Part shown: piece after piece, positions 9,016 to 21,209 of the stretch
Position numbering within the stretch: position 1 is the stretch's first letter
Layout of the letters: every line of letters begins with the position of its first letter
From: Guillardia theta CCMP2712
Lineage: Eukaryota; Protista; Cryptophyta
Assembly: GCF_000315625.1 (NCBI RefSeq)
Contig: NW_005434671.1
Location: 638,188-702,187, forward strand
DNA: 64,000 bases
Direction: 5' to 3'
Translations under genes and position numbers: made by a program
The notes under the pieces: generated by a model
The model's database searches: none
Seen by the model: the letters and a program-made list of their open reading frames with translations, nothing else
What the model was told of the DNA's origin: nothing

Positions 9016-11350
9016 ATGTTGGCGAAGAACAAGTTTGTGGTTCTGAGCGGCTTGATCCTCCTCTACCATGAGGTGAAGCTCCTGCCTGCTACCTGCTGCC
9101 TGCTGCCTGCAGTCCCTCGCTCATTCCGTCTGCTTGCTTCAGGTCTTGGTGTTCCTCTCGGTCCCTTACAGGTGCAGCTGGCCAACAACCACTGTGAGTG
9201 TCTGTGACACCAACGCGCGACTGATGTGCATCGCAAGTGTCCGGACGCCTTTAGAGCAGCTGTGGTTGGAGATCCTCAGCTCACTGATCGCTCCTCTTAC
9301 TGGTTTGCTCCCTCGGGCATGAGTGAGAAGCATGCTTGCTGCTGCCTCGGCGTGACTGGTGTCAGTGCTATGGCTCATCGAACAGCTGAGCGACGTCTTC
9401 ATGAAGAAGTCGTTCCGTCAAGTGTTGGCCATGCGGTGCTCACTCTCAACGAGAGGACACATGCTTGCTCCTCTGATGTCAGAGGGTGATTGCAGACCGC
9501 ATGCTGTCTTGTTTGTCGGCGATCTCATGGATGGAACTGTGAGATTGACGTGTGTTCAAGACGTTTCTAGCATTGTGTCTGACTTCTTCACTAGCGACGA
9601 GGAGTACGAGCAAGAGCTCGCTCGCTTTCGCCATGTCTTCTCAATGCCGCCACATGTGCAACGGTTGTTTGTCGCTGGTCACACCGCTCACTGTGAGTGC
9701 TCGGCTGATTTGCGGGACAGGAAACCACGACGTGGGGATCCGATCTCCTGCTCTATGTCCCGTGTGCAGGAGGCGATTCGAGAAGCACTTTGCGATGAGG
9801 AAGTACGCGAAGGAGATGTCGGACTTGATGGTACTCGCTGAAGGAGGGAGCCTCGCAAGCTGACGAGGTCGTGAGGTGGTTGGCATGGACTCCATCCAAG
9901 TGTTTCACAACACCTCGATACAAGGTGACATGACTCCCGTCCCCTCCTCTCTCACCTCCTCCTCTCTCACCTCCTCCTCTCTCACCTCCTCCTCTCCTGC
10001 CCCCTCCTCTCTCACCTCCTCCTCTCTCACCTCCTCCTCTCCTGCCCCCTCCTCTCTCACCTCCTCCTCTCTCACCTCCTCTTCTCCTGCCCCCTCCTCT
10101 CTCACCTCCTCCTCTCTCACCTCCTCCTCTCTCACCTCCTCCTCTCTCACCTCCTTCTCTCCCTCTCATTCTCACTCGTGTGCAGGCTTTCCTTCCGCCC
10201 CTTGCCAGCGCAAGCTTCTCCTCTCTCACGTGCCTCTGTGGCGAGAGAGCGACTCGCCATGCGGAGCGACGCGAGGAAGCGCGAGGGGGATCGACTACGG
10301 GCAAGGGTTCAACTATGAGAACATGCTCCCCCGGTGAAAGCGAAAGAACTCGAGGGGAGGTGGCGGGGGTGTCAGGCGGGGAATGAAAGGAGGCGAGCTC
10401 AGAAAGAACGAGGAACATCGGAGGGAGGAGGGAGGAGGAGACAGGGGAGGAGAAGGGAGGGGGAGGAGGAGAGGTCATGTTTCACTCTCCTTCAGGTCCG
10501 TCACTGAGAACCTTCTGAGGGACGTGGCGCCCGACCTCATCTTGAGCGGGGACGATCACGACCATTGCAAGTGACACTCACGCGCTTGAGAGAGACGAGA
10601 AGACTGACAGTCAGTGTAGACATGTTCACCTATACCCCAGTGCTGAGGGCCATAAGGAAGCAACAGAGATCACCGTTGGCACCTTTAGCTGGTCTGTTGA
10701 TGACAGGGCATCGGGTCAGTAATGATGAACAGGCTGCAAGGGAACCCTCGTCCTTCAGTTGTCCTACTCTCTATCTCTACCTGTTTGCTTCGGAAGCAAA
10801 AATCTCACTGCTTGCGGAGACTATCCAACGCGACTGCAACGCACGTAGACGAAGCGCGTCAGGGGGAAGTCTCAAAAGAAGCTTGGTTTGACTACAGGGT
10901 TTGCCCGTACTGCTTGTGTTTGTGCTCAGGCCATTTCTTTACTCTTTTGCTCAGTCTGCCCAGGCAGCTTGGAGCCGTCTTCTTCTACTTGTCTTGGCTA
11001 GCCAGCTCCTTACTTGTCAGCTTCGCTTTCCATCTGCTTTGTTTGGAAAGTCAGTCGTTTGACATAAGTCAAGAGAGTCTGAGAGATCTTGTTGTCGTTG
11101 ACTGATGGGACAGAAAAATTTGAGGAGAAGCTAAAGAAGAAGGAGCGACACTGGCGTGTTCTCCTCAAGGTGTTTTCAGCGAGCAATATGATGAGGTTGC
11201 TCATGAACTTCAGGTGCGGAGAGCTTGTGCTTTGACATGGAAGGATGGAATACGATCATCTAGTATCATTCTCCTCATGTACGGGTGTATTCATCTTCTT
11301 GCTCAGCTGTCTTGATCTTGTCTCCTTTATTCATCGGAAAGATTGTTCGC
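9016..11350 (+). CDS. MPPE1: Metallophosphoesterase, MPPE1/PGAP5/Cdc1-like (multi-exon; 3' end approximate)
   Basis: N-terminal TM segment. Calcineurin-like motifs are spread over exons: VVGDPQLTD, LFVGDLMDG, GNHDVG, LLSHVPL, QGFNYENML and ILSGDDHDHC. The C-terminus has hydrophobic segments. Confidence 0.85.
9943..10155. repeat. 15/18-bp pyrimidine minisatellite (CTCACCTCCTCCTCT)n, probably intronic
   Basis: About 13 tandem units are directly visible inside the MPPE1-like gene. Confidence 0.9.
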
Positions 11351-11410
11351 ATGGTATGCCATCAAACCATCTCTCGTTAACTCCTCCTCTCTCCTCGTGC
11401 TGCCTTTGCT

Positions 11411-13895
11411 TCATCGTCTTGTTAACTCCACAAAGACTTTTTCTCCGCCGACTTTCATCACCGTGAGAGTCACTCGGGTTCCTCTTTCTCCCATGATTCG
11501 CTCCTCCGCCAGAATCTTGGGCGAGACAGAGCTTACCTCCTCTCCGTCCACCATCAGCAACCTACTGGGTATCAGCTTCCTTGGATTTATCTGCCCTACG
11601 CCCATCCCTTCTTCACCTCTTTCCACCCCTTTCCCCCCCTCTTCATCCCTTCCCTTCCCCCCCTCTTCATCCCTTCCCTTCCCCCCCTCTTCTTCATCCT
11701 TTCCCTTTCATTGCCTCTCCTCACCTGTCTCCAATGGCGATCTTTCCGCTCTCGCTCGCCGGGCTGCCGTCAACCAGCCGCGTTACCTCAAGTCCCACTT
11801 GCTCGTTCCCAGCCTTCACCGCCTTCACCGCCATGCCCACACCGCACTTGTCCGGCAGCTGGCGCGATCTCTTGGTCGTGTCGTTTCCAGAGCAGAGTTC
11901 TCGATGCTCGCAGACAGCAACTGACATCTCCTCGTCGCTTGTTTTGACTTCCTTCACTTTCTCCTCTTGCCCCTCATTCAGCACTTCTTTCACCGAAACA
12001 ACTTCCTCTCTGTCCATCACAACCATGCTTTCCTTCCCACCCGTCGCTGTTGCATCCTCAACCTCCTTCTTCGTTGCCTCCTCCTCCTTCTTCGTTGCCT
12101 CCTCCTCCTTCTTCGTGGCTTCCTCTTGCGCCTTCACGGCATGCTTCAGCTCGATCTCTTCCAGTCTTCTCCTCACGTCTTTGACCCGCTCCATGGCGTC
12201 TCTTGAAGCAAGACCTGCAGAAAGGAGAGAAGCCTCCGCCTGTCCCAGCGCCTCTCTGCATCGATTCCCTTCCCTCCCTGCATCTGCTGAGTTCTCGAGC
12301 ACGCGGGCAAGTGCGGACTCAGCCTCGCGCAGACGTTTTTCTCCATCTTCTAGGCCCCGTCGGAGGTCAAAGAGGAGGGCAACGACCTTCTGTGCCTCCT
12401 CCTCCTGCTCGAGCTGAGCTTGTTGAATGAGATGCGAAGCTCTTTCAAGGTCCTGTAAACTATCGTCATCTCCTCCCTCCACACCGACTCCCTCCCTCTC
12501 CTCCTGCCTCCCTCTGCTTCTGCTCTCGCTCCGTCTCACCTCCAGCTTGCAGAGAGGGGACGCGAGAGCAGCAGCTGTCAGGAGTCTGCAGCTGCCTGAC
12601 TTACAGTCCATGGCGACAAGCTCGATACACGAGGACAAAGCCGCAATCGCCTCCTGCTCCGAGAGCTCACCAACATCTCGCTGCCTCCCAGCAACTCACC
12701 GTGGCATCGGCTCGCAGCTTCTTCCTCCTCGCCGTCTCTTGAGCCTTCCTGAACTTGTCGAGTTTCTTATCCATCGCTCCCTTTGCTTTCTGTGCAAGAA
12801 GTGAGAAGTGGAGCAAGTCGACGTGGAGGAGGAGTGGACAGGATTGAATGAAGAGAATGAGGGGAAGGGAATGAGATGCTGCACGCGGGCACGGTGAGGA
12901 GAATGACAACAAGGAGAATGAGAAAACGAATCGAGGAGGGCAAGATGATGGGGATGCAGGGTATTGGGAGAGGAGAGGAAGGGACGACGAGGTATTCTAA
13001 GACGAGGGGAAGAGGAGAGGGGTAGGCTGAGATAACAGCGGAAGGGGAAGGAAGGGGAAGGGAGAGGGAGAGGGAGAGGAGATTGACAGAAAGTAGGGGA
13101 GGAAGAAGAGACCTCAAGTCGCGAAGCCTCTTGCTGCTCACGACTTCTCATCGCAGCCAACTCTTGCTCTCTAATCGCTCGCTCTGCTTCCTGCATACGT
13201 TCGTGAGGTTGACATGCCAAGACGCTGCGATCAACCTGCAGAGCAAGAAACTCTTCCTGCCGCTTCCTCCGAGCTTCCGCTTCCTGCTGCTCCCGCTTGA
13301 TGTCTCTGTCTTCCACCATCACCAAGTACGATGCTATCATATCCTCCTCCTGCTCGAGCTTGTCCTGTTTGCTCTCAGCTGCTGCTTCAACACATCAAAT
13401 TTCACCTTCTGTAGCTCTGCAAGCTCTTGCTTGAATCTTTGCTCTTCTTCATTCCACTTATCCTTCAGGGCAGCGAGAGAAGTCGTCGCATATCCAGCAT
13501 CTCCTCCTTTCTTCTTCTCCTGCTGACTTGTGTCAGGTCGACAGGGTTTAGGGTTTAGAGGCCAACTGTGTTGTGAGATCGCCTTTGGACGAGACTAAAG
13601 GATCCCAAGGACTACTCTAGCATTCTAATCAACTCGACTTGTGGGGTTTAGGGTTTAGGCTCCTCAGCGACTCACCTTGTCTGCCCTCCTCTTCTCTCCA
13701 TCCATGCTTGTGCGCGCAAGTGCCTTGTCGCTTGCGTCTGCCGCTGCCTTGACGTCGATCTCCACTACAGGGTTCGCCTCCTTCTTTGCTGATACAGTTG
13801 AAATCTTTGCTGCTAGCAAACTTCTGACCCACTTCCTTAAGCTGCGTGATCAAAACGTGTCAGATATAGAGAGGCCCTCCATCTTCTCCCTGCTA
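11411..13895 (-). CDS. Coiled-coil protein of unknown function (multi-exon; may be the 3' part of the gene starting at 16428)
   Basis: E/K/R/A-rich helical exons at 11721-12638, 12700-12795, 13113-13523 and 13677-13860 are separated by pyrimidine-rich introns. Confidence 0.55.
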
Positions 13896-14031
13896 TAGTC
13901 GTGTCTACTCTTCTTCTCTCCCTGCTACAGTCTTGTCTTGTCTTGTCTTGTCTTTTCTTGTTGTCTTGTCCTTCTCTTATTTTCTGTCTCTCTCCTCCCG
14001 TTCGTCTAGTCTCCCCCCCCGGCATCCTCCC

Positions 14032-16428
14032 TCACCTTCTCGGCATGTCCTGCACGTGCTCGGCGGGCTCGAACGTCACGTCCACGTGGTGCAGCATCGC
14101 AGGACCTCCGACCCCCGGGGGTCCCCGGCAGAGGACGCGCGAGTCGCTGATCCAGTAGGTCTCCAGGCAGACTCGCCCAGCCAGATAAGCCACTGGCTGC
14201 GTGTCCACGTGCCCGAAGTTTCTGCCGGTGATGGTGACCCAGAAGCCAGCGCGAGGAGCTCCGTTGCGCGGGTGGTAGGACTCGATGACCGGAGCCTCGT
14301 ACGAAAACTTTCCCTCCAGGGTCGCCGAGCTGGCCTTGAGGTCTACCGTGACCGGCAGGTTCCACCCCATCCCTCGCGGTACCATGCACGCAGAGGAGGA
14401 GGAAGAGAGCCAGACGCTCCTCTTGCAGGTCACGTTACCCACGAGAATGACGTCGAGGTCCTCCGCTGACTTGCCGAGATTCTTCCCGTAGACCAGCATC
14501 CGCCATCCTCCATACCACGGACCCTGCGCTCAAACGGTCACTTCCTCCCTCCTCCCTCGCTTGATCCTGCACCATGGCGCTGCCTGTGGGGTTCACTTTG
14601 ACGTCCTTCTCCTCTGAACCGTCAAGGACGATGCTGTCGTCAACTTGTCGCTCGTACTCGATCAGCTGCACTCCCGTCAGCATCGCAAAGTCCCCGCAGT
14701 CCTTCGCCGACGTCGCGCCTGGTCGCCGGTCAGAGGAGCGACCTCAGGCTTGCCAAGTTTCTCACCCGCCTGCACAGTCGCAGCGTCTCCCCCGCAGGTC
14801 TCGCAGCTTGACGCCCCTGTCCGGTTCTGGTACGATCCCCTCTCGCAGCGCGTGCATGTCACCGCTCCTCTCTCGGCAGCATAAGAACCTGCCGCACACG
14901 GCTGGCAAGGGGCTTGACCGTTGATAGAAAAGTGACCTGGAGGAACGTGAGGCATCCCCTCCAGTCCCTCCCCCTCCCCCTCTTCCTCCTGTCCCTCCCA
15001 CTCCCCCGCAGCCTCACCGGTCTCGCAAAGGTTCAGATTCCCCGCCGCGTTCGCCTTGTTTTCTTCTCCGCTCAGCTGCTTTGCTGCCTCGACCTTCTTA
15101 TCAGCCTTGTGCTCGCTCGCGATCGACTTCGCCTTGCTAGGCTTGTCGTGCTCCGGGCCAGCTGGGACCGAAGGCTTGTCGCTGGCAAAGGAGAGCTGGA
15201 CGTGAACGCACTCCTGATGGCAGCCGGTGTGGTCGCACTTGTCGTAGCAGGTCTTGGGCTGTCGGAACGAGGCGTCAGTGCACTTCTTGATGCACTCCAG
15301 GTCTGTCGGGTCGCAGAGACAGCTTCGTTCCCCGGAGGCGATGGCTTTCTTGTCGGCTGTCCCTGCCGTGTACTCCAGCGGAGCAAGAGGAAGAGAACCC
15401 CGCCGGTGAGCGTCAAGATTCACCCCTGACAAGCTCTTCCCTGTTGCTAGCATGTGCTGCTCCTTCCAGAACTGCTTCAGCCTCTTCACATCGTTCATCT
15501 GAGCCCAAGGAGGAGGTTCGTCTTCTTCATCCACGTAGTCTGCGCCTGTTCCAAGTTCTATCTTGCAGAAAGCGCCGCCGTAACCAGGAGCGCAAGGGGG
15601 GGGAGCTCGCTGCTTGTAGGGAAGGAGTTGCTGGGACCTCCACTCCTTCCACGACATGGCCCAAGGAACATCCTTGGGAGGCGCGGGAACGTCATCGAAC
15701 CACTCGCGGTCGGTGCCGTTCACCTTCCTCCACACGCTTCCGAGAGATTCTGCCGTCCTGGAGACAAGCTCAACTCCTCCTCCTCCCGTGTCCTTCCACA
15801 CTGAGCCAGCTGCACAGCCCTTGACACGTTTGGGGACTGTGAGGATCCGGCCGATGCGATGCCCTTCCCTTCCGTAGGGCTCTTCGAAGTAGTCGTACAT
15901 GCAGCCCATTCTCACCTCGCTCTTCATCACCGCGTGTCGTCTGCGAGCGATGGCGATCGCGGTGTCATCCTGCTCTCTTACGGCAAGCTGCGCGGCCTCT
16001 TCGGAGTTGGGAAGCAGGTATCCGCCCGAGGGTTGAGGAGGAGAAATTGCTCGCTGCTCCACCATCTTGCGGATCGATTGAGCATATTCTTCTTGTCGCC
16101 TCTCAGCACGTTCCGCATGCTCGTTCGCAACGCCGGGGAATGCTGGATGGTCGAGGACGGGGCCATCATAGCCGAAGTACGCGTGCTGCACTGCTTCGGT
16201 CTTGATCGCTCGGATCTCACCGGTTGTCTGATATCTTCTCGCCGCCTTCCGATGCTCTTTCTCCACCTTATCTATGGTGTTTTGTCGTTTTTCGCGTTCC
16301 TTCACCCCATAGCAGTCGTTCAACTCGCACCACTGCTCTGCCCAGTCCTCGCGGGGAACAGCCTCAACCACGTAACAGTGACACAAGATCAAAGCAAGAA
16401 GGAACTTGCATCCCGTTCCTGCTCGCAT
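14032..16428 (-). CDS. Secreted Cys-rich protein with EGF-like, ephrin-receptor-like (GCC2/GCC3) and two IPT/TIG domains
   Basis: Signal peptide MRAGTGCKFLLALILCHCYVVEA; CAPGYGGAFC; PGHFS...PCQPCAAGSY...CTRCERGSYQNRTGASSCETC; TIG-like VYGKNLG...C...CMVPRGMG and FSYEAPVI...VTITGRNFG...CRGPPGVG. A frame discontinuity near 14760-14690 is unresolved. Confidence 0.75.
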
Positions 16429-16949
16429 CCTCGGACCTCAGCTATGATCTCCGCTATGACCCACTTCACAAGTGCTCATGTGCTCTCGCTTGCTTGTCTT
16501 GGTGAACTGCAGCGACGGGTCAGCGGATTCAACGTGTCAAAGATTGTGATGCATCGCAAACCCTCAGAAGAGCCCATTCTCATCCAACCATGCTTCTTTC
16601 AGTTCCCCTCATCTAATTCTTCTCCCACTTCATAATTCTCCTCTTGCCAGTCCCTTCCTCCCTTTCCCATACCACAATCCCCTTCTCTCTTCCCTTTCAT
16701 TCATCTCCTTTCTCCCTCCCTCGTGTCCCTCCTCTCCTGCCATCTCTCCTCTCTCTCCTGTAATACTGCTCTCTCCCTCCGATCTCTCCTGCCTCCTCTC
16801 TGATCGCAACTTCTCCTCGTTTCTTTCCCTCCTCTCTCTGCTCTCCCTCACATCCCCCCCCTCCCTCCTCCCCGACAGCATCCAGGTTCTCCTAGTCATC
16901 ATCGCTACCCGTCGGTTGGCTCTGAGGCGGGGGAGGCGGGTGAGGTGGC

Positions 16950-17651
16950 ATGGAGGTGGAGGACATCTTAGCCGAGCTCGAGGCCTACGACAAGAAGGAG
17001 GCTCAAGCTGCCTCCCATGCCCCCGGCCGCCATGACGGCTCTCCTGGAGCTCTGCAGGAGGCTCTGCACAAGGTTCGCAACGGGGCAGCGACGTTAGACT
17101 TGTCGCACTGGAGCATCCGACTAGGAGCAGCAGGTTGCGAAGCGCTTGCTGACTGCCTCGCTCGCCCGCAGCTTCAGCTCACTACGCTGCTGCTGCGCTG
17201 CTGCGACATCAACGGCAGGGGCGCGACCGCCATCGCTGACTCCCTCAAGAAGAATGAGAGCGTGACGAAGCTTGACCTCAACAGCAACCAAATCGGCGAT
17301 GCTGGAGCAACGGCGATCGCTGACATGCTGCAAACCAACGTGAAGCTACGCTGGTTGGACATCGAAGGAAATGGCATTGGGGCCAACGGAGGAACGGCGC
17401 TGGCTGACGCCCTCAGAATCAATCGCGGTCTTGTCTCGCTCCACGCATCGGAAAACTCCATCGCTGATGCTGGGGCTGCAAACTTGGCGAGAGCTCTGCA
17501 AGTGAACAACAAGTTGGAGATTCTTTGGCTGGACAGCAACAACATCTCCTTGAAGAGCGGAGAAGCTCTTGTGGCAGCTCTCAAGAGCAACAGCACGCTC
17601 AAGACTGTCCACCTCGCTACTCCTCGTCCAGGCAGCAAGCTCCTGACGTGA
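16950..17651 (+). CDS. Ribonuclease-inhibitor-type leucine-rich repeat protein
   Basis: 28-aa LRRs (LxxLDLxxNxIGxxGAxAIAxxLxxN) occur about six times in an uninterrupted ORF. A short extra 3' exon is possible. Confidence 0.9.
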   Translation: MEVEDILAELEAYDKKEAQAASHAPGRHDGSPGALQEALHKVRNGAATLDLSHWSIRLGAAGCEALADCLARPQLQLTTLLLRCCDINGRGATAIADSLKKNESVTKLDLNSNQIGDAGATAIADMLQTNVKLRWLDIEGNGIGANGGTALADALRINRGLVSLHASENSIADAGAANLARALQVNNKLEILWLDSNNISLKSGEALVAALKSNSTLKTVHLATPRPGSKLLT

Positions 17652-17793
17652 ACCTGTGTGGACCTCAGCCTCGCTAGCCTCGCAAGTTGAACCCAATTCC
17701 CACTTTTCTTGCAGGACATGTCACCAGGCCACTTTCGTCGACTAGGGAAGAGCCTGGAAGGCTGAGAGTGTATGTTGTTAAGTTTATTGTTTT

Positions 17794-19470
17794 CTACTTG
17801 TAAGAGTTCACAAAAGATCGATAAGGCATCAAACTTTGGTGCCCATCATTCCATTGAATTGAGATTGCATATCTTCCAAGAGGAACGAAGTCCACAGGTT
17901 CCACGCTCTCCTTCACATTGTTCGGATCGTTGGCAGGAGATCGACTGCGCCCGCACGTCAGGGCAAGTCTGCAACCTTCGCGGCATTGAACTTACCACAA
18001 CCGTCGCATCTCCTTGGCACTGATGCGCTGATTTCCATCGATGACAAACTGCTTGTTAGGAGCATCGTATTCGATCTCTGGCATGACGTTCTTGCCACTC
18101 TCCATCTTTGCCACCTGTGCAGAGTCAAACCTGACAAAGTGTGACCAGACGCTCACCTCAGATATGACCGACTCTGCTAGGGCGGAATATGCGCGTGACA
18201 CGTCTGTGTCAGGAAATGCAAGAACATACGGCATTCCAGAATCAGATTGCTTCGCCAAGTCAGGAAAGAGCGGGATGGAAATACTGTTCTGAATTCCCCA
18301 CATGTCAAGCAACCTCTGCTTATGACCTTGACCGAACAGAAACTGTTTAGCTTTCAAAATCTCTTCAAGCTCAGAGACTGCTTCTTGTGGCAGGGAATAT
18401 TTGTTGGCAAAAGCCTGAATGTTATCCTGCATGCCATCGTTCTGGAAAAATGCCATGTTCTCGACAACCGCAACCGAGGGGATTCCAACCTTGTCAAACA
18501 TCTCGATGCCCTTCACAACATCAACAAAGCTCAGTCTCTGTGGCGTGGTCACGATGACAGCTGCATCTATCCGGAGAGTCTCCATCTGAGAGAGCGTTAA
18601 CTGGATGTCTCCTGTTCCAGGCGGCATGTCGATGATGAGGTAGTCAAGTTCGCCCCATGCTGTTGTGCTCACTAGCTGCTGCACCAGCGGAGTGACACGC
18701 GAGCCTCGCATGACAAATGAGTCCACCGGATTTATGAAGCCCATGCTCATGAGCTTCACTCCGAAGCCATTAACCGGCATGATCTCGTTGCCCACTATGT
18801 CTCTTCTCGGGTCGAAAGGTCTCTCGGGCTTCACCATAGTCGGCAAACTTGGACCATAAATGTCAACATCGAGTATCCCAGTCTTGAATCCTCGCTTGTG
18901 CATCGAGTATGCAAGATTTACGGCGGTTGTTGACTTTCCTACACCTCCTTTACAACTGGCACAAAGAATTACGTGTTTGACTCCCTTCAACCCAGTCGCT
19001 TGATTTCTCGAAGCCTCTCGCAGCGAGTCATTGGGCGGAAGAGACGTTACTGTGATCTCGATGTCTTTTACCCAGGGAAGCTGTGAGAGTGCACTCTGAC
19101 ACGCCTGCTTCACCACCCCTTGCAGGTCAGGGGCAGAAAGTTGAACGGTAAAGCTGACGTCACCCGAAGGTTCGACTTCAAGATTCTTCACAGCAGAGAG
19201 AGATACAATGCTCTCTCCAAGAACTGGGTCATCGATCTCAGCAAGAGAGGCAAGCACTTCACTCTTCTTCGAAAAGATGTCGGGATCTAACGCAGTGACT
19301 TGCATCATACATCGGGAAGTTGCCCTTTGCAAGGATATGAAACGTCTACTAGATCTGCACGAGAGGGAAGAGGAAGGAAGACGAGGCAGCATTATGCGGG
19401 ATGTGTGAAAAGCTTGCGAGCATACCAGCATGAGAAGCTGAAGCCGCAAGCATGCGGCCAGCCTGTTCAT
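17794..19470 (-). CDS. HCF101: Plastid Fe-S cluster scaffold HCF101 (DUF59 + Mrp/NBP35 P-loop NTPase + DUF971)
   Basis: Bipartite presequence (...VCSQA-F). DUF59-like IDDPVLGESIV; ASCKGGVGKST; DVDIYGPS; WGELDYLIIDMPPGTGD; VVENM. After an intron at ~17945-17996 the last exon reads RSPAND...GRYAISIQWNDGHQSLMPY. Confidence 0.92.
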
Positions 19471-19636
19471 TGCGACAGGTTTATAACTACGTGCGCCCAC
19501 CTCAGAGCCATGTAAGCTGAGCCTTGACCATCGCGAGGCGGGCCCAATGAGTCTAGTACCCTAGTACCCTTGATTATCCTATAAAAATAGGGGGTGGGTA
19601 GATCGCCTGCGAGCTTGTGTCTCTCCGTGAGCAGTC

Positions 19637-20422
19637 ATGCAGGCATCGAAACTCGGTGTGGCCGTGCTGACATGCGCCTGCGCCCTCTTCCTCCTCTCCC
19701 TCCTCGCCCTCCCTCTCACCCGCTCCTATAGCCTCCTCATGATTCCAATTGCTCCTGTCCAAATTCTGTACGGAGGAAGCCATTGGGGTGGTGTAGGTAG
19801 CGAAGGCTATGGCACCTCCGCATGGGACAACTCCGGGTGGAACGCACACTACCACCCTCGTGATGGTGCAAGCATGGACTCAGAATCGATGGAGCCGTAC
19901 ACTTGGAGGAAAGGACCACGAGTTAATGATGAATACACGGGGGTCATGGCCTCGGGCGACCCAACTGTAGACCCCCCGGACTCCTGGGAACCTCCTATCA
20001 ACTTCAAGAAAAGCCGCAAACAGCTTCTGCTTGGTGAAAGTCAGCCCCCAAAACCAATGCTGGTGTCTTGGAATGATAAGCCACTTCGGCAACAAGTCCT
20101 TAGGCAGAGAGATCATTCGTCAGAGCGCTCAAGAGTTCAACACACTTCCAGAAATCCCAAGAAAGTTTTCCTGGAACTGTACGGAGGAAGCCATTGGGGT
20201 GGTGTAGGTAGCGAAGGCTATGGCACCTCCGCATGGGACAACTCCGGGTGGAACGCACACTACCACCCTCGTGATGGTGCAAGCATGGACTCAGAATCGA
20301 TGGAGCCGTACACTTGGAGGAAAGGACCACGAGTTAATGATGAATACACGGGGGTCATGGCCTCGGGCGACCCAACTGTAGACCCCCCGGACTCCTGGGA
20401 ACCTCCTATCAACTTCCATTGA
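19637..20422 (+). CDS. Small secreted/membrane-anchored protein with an exact 80-aa internal duplication
   Basis: Hydrophobic N-terminus. 19766-20005 and 20177-20416 appear identical over 240 bp and in frame. Confidence 0.7.
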   Translation: MQASKLGVAVLTCACALFLLSLLALPLTRSYSLLMIPIAPVQILYGGSHWGGVGSEGYGTSAWDNSGWNAHYHPRDGASMDSESMEPYTWRKGPRVNDEYTGVMASGDPTVDPPDSWEPPINFKKSRKQLLLGESQPPKPMLVSWNDKPLRQQVLRQRDHSSERSRVQHTSRNPKKVFLELYGGSHWGGVGSEGYGTSAWDNSGWNAHYHPRDGASMDSESMEPYTWRKGPRVNDEYTGVMASGDPTVDPPDSWEPPINFH

Positions 20423-20684
20423 TCATAGTTGTCTTTTCTTGTGCTTATTAGGTTAGTAAATATGGTTGAGATAGCGCGTTGTGGTTTGCTTGTTTTGGTT
20501 TGAACCATGCGGCAGTGTGATATCAGACGCAACGGGAAAACACAGAAATACACAACACTTGTAAGGATCATAACGCTTAAAAAAGTATCAAAGAGACTAC
20601 GCGATCTGCTTTCAACTGTGATCATTTCACGATTGTCACTCGCCATCCTGCCTTGGAAAACAGCACCAAGATTCGGAAGAAGGA

Positions 20685-21209
20685 TCAAATCTTCTCAATT
20701 TTTGCTGCAGCGACTGTAGGATTAGCTTTCGCAAGTTGCTCACGACCGGCGGCCTTATAATCAAACGAACAATCGTGCTTGTCTGAATATCGATGAGCAC
20801 TGCAGAAGACATTGTCGCATCGGCAGTGAAACCCGGTGAGCCCAACCTTCTTTTTGCAAGTGTAACATCGATTAGTTGCCGGTTTCTTCTGAACGGGCTC
20901 CTCACAAGACGCGGTTGCAGCCACCTCTGTCTCGGTTTTACAAACCGTTTGGGCCAGAATGTCAGTTTTTGCGATTGCCGTGTCTTGCTCATCAACACTA
21001 GACTTCTTCTCCTCCTCCACGCTGATATTTTCTTGCAGTGACTCAGAATCTACCTTCTTGATGGACTGGGTTCTACGTTTGAACTCCTCTTCCCCGATGT
21101 TTTTCTTGAAACAAACTGAGCAATAAAAGTCCAAAGGGGCTGAACCAAAAAAACCACATCCCCCAGCACAAGGCTTCGGCGTATCCGTATTGAGGTTTGC
21201 ACTCTCCAT
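20685..21209 (-). CDS. A20/AN1 zinc-finger stress-associated protein (SAP/ZFAND5-like)
   Basis: A20: CAGGCGFFG...YCSVC. AN1: CYTCKKKVGLTGFHCRCDNVFCSAHRYSDKHDC. Ends ANPTVAAAKIEKI. Confidence 0.95.
   Translation of the reverse strand: MESANLNTDTPKPCAGGCGFFGSAPLDFYCSVCFKKNIGEEEFKRRTQSIKKVDSESLQENISVEEEKKSSVDEQDTAIAKTDILAQTVCKTETEVAATASCEEPVQKKPATNRCYTCKKKVGLTGFHCRCDNVFCSAHRYSDKHDCSFDYKAAGREQLAKANPTVAAAKIEKI

Noticed and set aside
9753-10478. RGG-repeat and poly-Ser/Glu ORFs
   Set aside because: These are translations of an intronic minisatellite. The ORFs over 28.2-30.6 kb and 31.8-32.3 kb repeats are artefacts of the same kind.
13543-13660. Interstitial telomeric TTTAGGG repeats
   Set aside because: There are only about two units at each of two spots inside an intron, too short to claim a telomere remnant.
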